A stretch of DNA of 63,969 nt, counting the filler, from Trypethelium eluteriae (lineage: Eukaryota), in assembly GCA_051942245.1 (NCBI GenBank). It is 5 parts of 5 records of this genome, joined end to end, with 100 filler letters (N's around TTAATTAATTAA, not from the genome) between each part and the next. Parts side by side here need not be neighbours in the genome. Positions count along the whole stretch, not along the records: positions 52,136 to 63,969 come from JAVECL010000806.1; 4 more parts are not named here. One strand, given 5' to 3'. Positions within the stretch are counted from its first letter, which is position 1. The number at the start of each line of letters is the position of its first letter. The translations under genes and the position numbers were made by a program. Below, piece by piece: positions 52,380 to 60,529 of this stretch. Under the pieces are notes generated by a model. That model was not told the origin of the DNA. It saw only the letters and a list, made by a program, of their open reading frames with translations, and did not search any database.

Positions 52380-54700
52380 AATATTTATTAATACATGCAT
52401 TAGCTATATAAAAATAAGCTCTAATTTAAGAGAGGATGGCCACTTCTTTATTATAATTGTGATAAAGAATAATGTAAGTATTATATAAAAATAATTACAA
52501 ATTTCTGTAGCTATTTATAAGCAAAGTATAGTATTATTAATAACACTTATATTCCATAAGTAAAATAAGCTGCGTATACCCAACTTGCTTAATTATATAA
52601 AGAAGTAATAAAGGATATGTATAAAGTTGATAAGCTTAAAAATTAAGTTTTTAAATAACCTTTAAATAAAGAGCTTATTAAGAAAGTATTACTTAAACTT
52701 TTTATTATATAAAACCTTTTTTTTAGCCTTATTAAATAGCCAGAGTTTTACATAATAATAGCTTTGTTTAATCCAGCAGGAGGTTTATTCCTTCTTTTAA
52801 GTAATAAAGTCCTTACTTTTATAATGCAGGAGCAATATATCTGCCAAAAAAATATTATATAAAAGGATGTTTAATTAGCACTTATAAATATCCATTTTTT
52901 AATTAATATTTAAACCTTATTAAATAACCTCCTTTTTATTATAATTTGTGCTTATTATATTAATAATAAGCTAAAACTTTAAAACCTCCTTTTTGCCCTT
53001 TATATAATAATTGGATATTTTAAATAAACCCAATAACTTATTATTTTTTTAGTGCTTTAAAAGTATAGAATTATATAAAAGCTTAGTGTTATAATTATAA
53101 ATAACTTAAGTATTAATAATACCCTTTATTATATAATTAATTAATATTTAAAAAAAAAAAGAAAATATTAATTAAAATAAGAAAGAATAAAGAATATGTT
53201 ATTAAGAATATATTATTAATTTTGCTATCCAAGATTTTTTATTTAAAGGTATTATTAATCCAAAAATACTTAATTTATATAATAAAAAAGAGAATAATAA
53301 TATTAAATTAAATAAAATATAAGAAAAGGAGAAAGCTAAATAATATTATACATTTAAAGTTTTTAAAAAGCTGCATAATATTATTATTTATATTCGCAGT
53401 TTGCTACTTTAGATGGATAACTTTAAGAGTATTATTAATAAAGATAAAATAATATTATTAAATAATTATATAAAGTAGAATTTTTAATAAAAAGTTCTTA
53501 AAATAGCTTTAGAGCTTAAAATAAGTATTAATTAATATATAAAGCTTTATATTAAGAGTCTGCTACTTAATATTTTTAATCCACATAATTAAAATTAGCT
53601 TTGTATAATCTGTGATTTTTTAGAATTATTTTATTATGTAATACTTAAAATAAAAGGTAATAAAGCATATTTAGATAAGGTCCTTTTAATAATAGATATT
53701 TTATTAACATATATTAAAAAATCTTTAATAAGTAATTTTTTCCCCTTATATAAAGCTTTACTAATAAAAATAAAGGAGAAGTTTAAGTTAATTAATTAAG
53801 TATTTATTATATAAATCTAATATTATTAGGATAAATATATAAAGTATTATAAAATTATAAATACTTTATTATATTATATAACAGCACTTATTTTTTATTT
53901 AAATTATTATATAAAATATATTTAAATAGTATAACTTTTAGCTTAAAGAGAACCAGTTTTGTGAAAAATAAAACACCTTTAGAATTAGTTTAAAGATAGC
54001 CACAATAATCTCCCTAAACCTGTTTTATATAATAATATTTAAAACTCCTCTTTAATTATATTATAAAAGTAATTAAGTATGTATAATATTATTATTGCAG
54101 CTATTTAAAATAAGATTAAGATTGGGAAAAAAAAAAATAAGTATAAAAAGTACTGCAATAAGATACTGTATAATATCCGCAAAGAAACAGCTTTATAATA
54201 ATAATGTTAAGATTAATAACAAAAATATTAGCTATTACTCTTATATTTTATAATTAAAATACTTTTTATTTTAAGAATAAGTAATACATTTAAAAGGGTA
54301 TTTTTAAATATTTATTATATAATCTTATAAGAAAAAATAAGTTTTAATATAAAAAATATTAAAAGGGTAAAATACCTAAAAAGTTGGATTTAAAAAAAGA
54401 TTTTATAAATTAAAATTATGTATAATAATTAAAAAAGCTTCCTTTAATTTTACTTTTATATTATATACAAAAAAGTTACTTATCTTAAGCATTATAAAAA
54501 GGTAAAAGCTGTAAGCTTAAGGGGGTATATAATTGGGTATTTATATTATACAAAAATAAAGGAAAACATACTTATAAATAAAAAAGATATTATACATACC
54601 TATAAAAAAAGCAACTAGTATTATACAAACATAAAGAGATTTATATAAAGGTCTCTTAAAGCATTATTAAGAATGGATAAGTATAATTACCCACCCTTAA
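52380..54700 (+). mobile_element. RIP-inactivated hAT-family transposase relic
   Basis: Extremely AT- and TpA-rich with no ORFs. Reverting C>T/G>A changes recovers hAT motifs in order: ICAHY (~52945), DN.S.ND (~53100), KLHNIV.HIRSS (~53370), TxWNS (~53470), AALILHP (~53885) and the dimerisation-domain SIP.MS...ER.FS..ECLKSW (~54260-54390). Confidence 0.8.
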
Positions 54701-57041
54701 TAAGCTTTAGCGCGAGATAACTCCATAAATAATTCTGCAAATTAAAAATCCTTATTATTCCCCTTATTATCCTCTTTAGGATTTGTATAATTAGGCTTAT
54801 TATCTTTAGAGGAATCTTTATCTAAAGACAAAAAAGAAGGGGATAAAGGTGCTTATATGTAATAATTATAATGCAGAGCATAATCCTATTATTTGTAATT
54901 AGCACACGCCCCTCCAAAATAGCCTTATATACAGCAATATTCTAAAAAGGGAGTAAGACCATATTATACGCATTTATTATACACAGTTGCCTCCTATTAT
55001 CCTCTGCTCTGGATTAAAAGCGCATTTATTATTAAGGGCTGGGCTTTTGCTATTTACTTAAGAGTAATACCAATTTATACTTGTCATATAAAAAGGATAT
55101 TAACCCTTAGTATTGCAAGCACAGTCAGGCCCTAAGGGTTGTAAGTCAGTGGCGCAAGCTATTATCCTCTAATACTAAGAATAAGAGCAGGGCCCGGATG
55201 GAAGAGAGAAGCAGCAAGGACAGCAGCAATAGGGGGGGTAGGAGCAGCAGGAGCAGCAGGAGCAGCCCTATCATACAAAGGAAGTTAGCAAAATTGTTTT
55301 AAGAAGTATTATATAAAATAAAAAATACTTATATTATTGTTATTGTTATTATTGTTGTTATTATTTTATATAATATTAGTGTATATTCTTATTATATAAA
55401 GTTTTGTTTAAGGGTTTATCTGAAGCTTTGAACTTATGAGTTAGAGGCGGCGGTGGTAGTAATTACTGATCTATAGTATTTGTTAGCTAATTAATGCTTA
55501 AAAAGGTCTTATTTACCTGATTTAGCAAGCTTTATACAAAGCTAGGGCTAAAATATACCGCTGCTGTTTATAGAGAGAAGAAAAAGTAGATTAGATTGGC
55601 TATGTGGAATTTTAATTTTAAACGCGCACAGCTAGACCATTTTAGGGTTAGTACACGCGTATAGACGAGTCAAAGTGAAGAATCAACTATTGTCTGATTC
55701 ACGCTTATGCATGCTTATGCAGCTTTATTCATTTTTATTCAATTCATTAATGCTTACGAGCGCTGCCCCTCATCTTCGATACATTATTACATAGGCCCAC
55801 GATCTACACACCCTTTTCCACCAAAAACCCTTGATTAAAACCCTAATTATCGTGATAGCTTTTATAACAACGCGCTCGTATCGGCTAGTTTGTGCAAGGC
55901 GTGGCTGCTCAAACTCAGCTCCTGTACTTATGAGCATTAATCGATGACCTTAGTCCATTTATTCATTGCTAGAAAGACGTACTGTAGAGCTTGCCTCTGC
56001 GCTACTTGCTGGCATCTTCATGAAGCCGCTTCAGAGCCTTCTCCCTTCTCTCGCCATAGCGCGCTTCCACGAATCAGAAAATTCTGCAGCGTATCGAAAA
56101 AGAATGGAATCACAGCGCCTCCGATGGCGACGAGTCGACATTCTACACACCAGTGCTCATTGACCCATATGGCGTAATAATTGCTTTTCGATAACCTATC
56201 AAGTTAAGAGCTCCTGGTGTGTTAGTGCAGGTTGCGTGAGTTGTGCGGATATATCCAAGGCCTGCGCGATGTGTCTTGGGGTCCTTTCCGAGGGTTATTC
56301 GACAGGACGAGTGGGTTGAGAGGAGCGAGTGACAAGGTGGCGTAATGAATGTATGGAGTAACAGTTAATATAAAAGGATCACTGCAAAGACTGAGGGTTA
56401 CATGATGATGATGATAACTTCCTGATTGCCCATTCTTCCAGCCTGCGCGTTCGCATTTTTCCCTTCACACTCAGGGAGCCCCTCAGTTGAGTGACCCATC
56501 TCCACCACCCAAGAACGAAACACAGCTTGCCTCAAAGGTCCTCGTCATCAGCATCTCGATTCTCCAATGTACACCTTGCCACTCACGCGGTTGTACCAAA
56601 ACTGGGGAGTGCTTCATACGCAGTAGACAGAAAACATCACATATGTACATTAGGCTTGTCTGCTATCACACAGTCACCACCTTTTAGTCTCAAGAGATTA
56701 CCGAATAATAATTTTTACCCTGTAGAGGTAGTCTACAGGTGTGGCTGCTTTTCTGGCGAGGCACCCCCCAGTTTCGGTGTGCGGATTTTTTTGTCAACCG
56801 CATGCCACTGTAGCCATCTTCTTCTCATCTTCGAGGGATCTCGTGTCAGGGAAATCTGTGAGGCCTCCTGTTGCTTCGATAGGCTCCCATTTGTCTCCAA
56901 ATTCTATAGCCAGCGCTTTCGCCATGCTTCTGCGCGCCCTTTTTCCTGGTGTGGCCCAAATGTTACCAGTGAACACCTGCTCTCGTTCCTTCTCCCATTC
57001 ACATACGTTGTAGCGGCGCCGTCGAGAGAGTGCCCGCTCCC

Positions 57042-57094
57042 TGGCGCGGGAAAGTTGGTGGGGGTTGCCCAGACACTTTTGTCTTAGTACTGTA
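57042..57094 (-). repeat. Tc1/mariner-like TIR copy 1
   Basis: Reverse complement reads TA-CAGTACTAAGACAAAAGTGTCTGGGCAACCCCC... Confidence 0.7.
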
Positions 57095-57387
57095 AGGCGC
57101 GTTGATTGGGGACACGATCCTTTCAACAGACCTGGGCATAAGACAACGCTTATGAGTTCAAGGTATTGTCGCTTGGATCTGGTATGATTGCCATTCGTCC
57201 ATCATCGAACAGTTTCTCGAAAAGATTGTGCATCATCAATCCATTCTTCTCCGACTAAAGCACATCGTATCTTGCTCGTGCATTGGCTCCGAGTAAATAA
57301 GCAGCGTTTACTTCGCCAACTGCCCAAGGAGTTATACGCGCTGCTATGATGAGATCTGCGTCGAATTCTCTCCAAGTGTGCGCTCAC

Positions 57388-57440
57388 TGGCGCGGGAAAA
57401 TTGCTGGGGGTTGCCCGGACACTTTCGTGCCAGTACTGTA
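57388..57440 (-). repeat. Tc1/mariner-like TIR copy 2
   Basis: tggcgcgggaaaattgctgggggttgcccggacactttcgtgccagtactgta. Confidence 0.7.
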
Positions 57441-58049
57441 CTTTCTCGCACCTTCTTTTGGAGAAGGTACAGCTGTCATGGGAGAAAGTACGAAACGAAG
57501 AGTGCACCTTCCGGGTCGGGAGAAATAGAAAGAGACTGGAAGAGAGGCTGGTAGCGTGAAAGCGATCCTTGGTTCAGCGTTCGAAGCGGCGCCTTGCTCA
57601 ACCGGCACATCTGTGTAGGATCTGTGTGGTTCGTCTGGTGTTTTTTTAATGCTGCGGAGGATTCGTCCTGTAGACGGTGGTCTGACAAGTGGAAAAGAAA
57701 GAAAAACAGCCTTCTGACTTCGTATTCAAACTCTCTTCATTAGTCTCATCTGCTGGTATCAACAAAGCGGTTCTTATACTACTTCAACAAGCCAGCCACG
57801 CAAAACCCCAACTTTCCTTGAGTCCCACGCACGACGACGACTCAGATAACAGAGAACAAGAGAAGACGAGAACAAGGCTTGAGTTCTGAGCGTGGGCACC
57901 AGTGTTGATCAGAGCGGAGTGGAGGATAGAGTTGATTGTCTAGCCTGTGCAGGAGAGATGGCTTTGTACGTCATGAAGCGCCTTCCGTCCCGTCTTTGCG
58001 TACAGCACCTGCCCACAGCGGGTTGTACAGTCATGCAAAAAAACTGTCG

Positions 58050-58101
58050 TGGCGCAGGAAATTGCTGGGGGTTGCCCGGACACTTTTGTCCTAGTACTGT
58101 A
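58050..58101 (-). repeat. Tc1/mariner-like TIR copy 3
   Basis: tggcgcaggaaattgctgggggttgcccggacacttttgtcctagtactgta. Confidence 0.7.
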
Positions 58102-58403
58102 TTAGTCTCCTCACAGACCAGCGACTTAAGTAGAATTAGTAGGAACAAGAAGGGGTTGGAGGAGGGCAGTGCGAGTTTTGAGGAAGCGATGGCGGCACGC
58201 ATCGCATTATTGTCAAGACGGGCAGGTACATCCAACACGCCAAGTCGCGACATCACGTGATCGACACTGCACTCCGGAGCTGGCCCCGATACTAGAATTT
58301 CCGTAACGGTTCCACAGTGCCCCTCCAGACCCCGCCCGGTATTATTCCCAATTCTTGCGTTCAATTCTCCAACTCCAGACCCTTGCTAATATACTTCAGA
58401 ACG

Positions 58404-59636
58404 ATGGAAGTTCCAATAGCTCCTCCAGAAAGTCTCAACGACGTCGCAAACGACCCAATCCAATCTATATCTACTGAAAAAATTGACTTAACTTTCAATT
58501 CCAACAGCATTGGTTCGTAATGCTCCAAGATTTTCAACACAGATCCTCGCTCCGCCGCAGCTCTCGAAATTCTCGCTCATTGCAGCTCAGACCTTATATC
58601 CGCCGGTCTCGACTCTCACGTCCTCTCCTTCTCTGACGAATGGTTCGCGTCAGCCGCCAACCTGATTACTCCTACCCCCCCAATCTCCCGTCCTGGCGTC
58701 TTCACCTATGCTGGAGCTTGGTATGACGGCTGGGAGACACGACGACACAATCCCGAGCCCTTCGACTGGGTGGTTATACGACTTGGAGTTGCGAGTGGAA
58801 TTGTCCGAGGCGTAGAAGTAGACACGGCGTTCTTCAATGGAAACCAAGCACCAGAAGTCGCAGTCGAGGGTTGCTATGTAAGTGGGGAGAAGGCAGACGA
58901 GAGAGTTAGGAAGCATGAGAGTGCGTCGGAGACGGCTGATAGAGAGGGAGAGGATATGTTTTGGCGCACAATCTTACCGCGCCAGCCGTGTGGACCTTCA
59001 ACGAGGCATGCATGGAAAATAGTGGAAGGAGAAGAGGGTAAGCAAAAGCCGGTAACGCATGTGAGGTTATTGATGTTTCCGGACGGAGGGATTGCAAGAT
59101 TGCGACTGTATGGGACGGCGCTGCCTATCCTGCCGGAGAATCCTGAGACTATGTTTGATATGGCGAGTGCGCAAAATGGGGGTGTGGCGGTTGCATGCTC
59201 GGATCAGCACTTTGGGCGGAAGGAAAATCTGTTACTACCGGGGAGAGGGAAAGATATGGGTGACGGATGGGAAACGAAGAGAACGAGAGGAGAGCATGTG
59301 GACTGGGTGGTTATACGACTAGGCTGTTCAGGGGAGATTGACAAGATTGTGGTGGATACTGCACATTTTCGAGGGAATTTTCCTAGGTCTGTGAAGGTCT
59401 TCGCATTGGAGGGTAAGAGTGAGACGGACGAAACGGCACCCGTCGATGCCAATGATAAGGGTTGGGTTGAGATCCTTGGAGAGCAGAAAATGGGTCCAGA
59501 TAAGGAACATGAGTTTGGGCGGACGAGTGGACTAACGAATGTGGAGGGAAAGGTATGGAGATGGGTGAAGCTGGTAATCATTCCGGATGGTGGTGTCAAG
59601 AGATTAAGAGTACTAGGAAGAAGAATAGAGCGGTGA
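58404..59636 (+). CDS. DAL2: Allantoicase (2 coding exons)
   Basis: FSDEWFA, WYDGWETRRHN, DTAFFNGN, FPDGGIARLRLYG, MGDGWETKR, DTAHFRGNFP, PDGGVKRLRV (two allantoicase repeats). Confidence 0.94.
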
Positions 59637-59940
59637 CATAGGGATCGGGAAATGCCTCTGAAGGTATTACGGTGAAGCCATGAAACTGGATTCTTGTCCA
59701 GGCCAGTGTCAGTCATCGAATGTCGTTCATTCTTACGGCAATAATGAAGCCTAAATAAGACAAAGGTGCAGCTCTCCGACCCCAAGTCCGAGCTAGCCTC
59801 AGACAGTGAACTGATATTATTTCCACTATTATCAAAATCTTTCTTGATGTTGACTTAGTTTGTATATCTGATAGTTCTCGGAGTTTCGGCCCTATTCGAC
59901 AACTGACTTAGTTGCTTCAGATCACTTCTCGAGTCCTAAA

Positions 59941-60190
59941 CCTATCAGTCAGGAATGCGGTTAACGCGGAATCCCTCAGCACAACGGGGGCATCCAATGT
60001 CCAGAGCCTTGGGAGATGGTACAAAATCCGCAGATTTATCCAACGAGCTAAGTAAAGCGGCCGCAGGCGATAGTACACCCCGTAAATGAGGATAGACGCT
60101 GGAGATCAAAGGGGCTGGTAGGGAGTTCGCAGTTAACCGTACACCTTAGCACCACTATTCTTACAGTCCCTTTCATTTTTGCTGATAGAG
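59941..60190. ncRNA. Candidate structured non-coding RNA, class and strand unknown
   Basis: Terminal CTATCAG/CTGATAG stem enclosing TGCGGTTAAC-GCGGA-TCCCT-CAGC paired with GCTG-AGGGA-TTCGC-GTTAACCGTA; inner ACGGGG/CCCCGT. Confidence 0.45.
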
Positions 60191-60529
60191 ATTTGAACTT
60201 AGCATCATCAATGGAGAAAATAGTTTGAACGATCCACAGGATCGTCCAGACGAAAAATTGAGTTTTAATAGGAGTAAGCTGCGAGTAATAAGCAGCCCTG
60301 GCCCAGAGCGAATCTTTCAAAAGAAGCAAAGTACGGAGTACCTCTAGAAGTGTGGGGAAAGCTATAGGTCACGTGTATCGGTGTAGCCTTGCACAATCCC
60401 GGCTCTACAAATCTTTGGACCTCGTAGAACCGACCTCCCCACGAAACGCGCTCAAATACACGACTTATGGTGCCTGGACCTCGATCCCGCCCTTAAGCTA
60501 CTATAGCCTTTGGCGTCTTCGCAAAAATC

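Noticed and set aside
55641..55652. TTTAGGGTTAG telomere-like word
   Set aside because: Only about 1.5 units in RIP-affected DNA, not a telomeric tract
57042..58101. CRISPR array interpretation of the three repeats
   Set aside because: Eukaryotic context, long unequal spacers, no cas genes, and the repeats look like transposon termini
59950..60172. Group I intron interpretation (AATCCGCAG Q-like, ACAGTCC S-like)
   Set aside because: No matching R element to form P7 and no host rRNA exon
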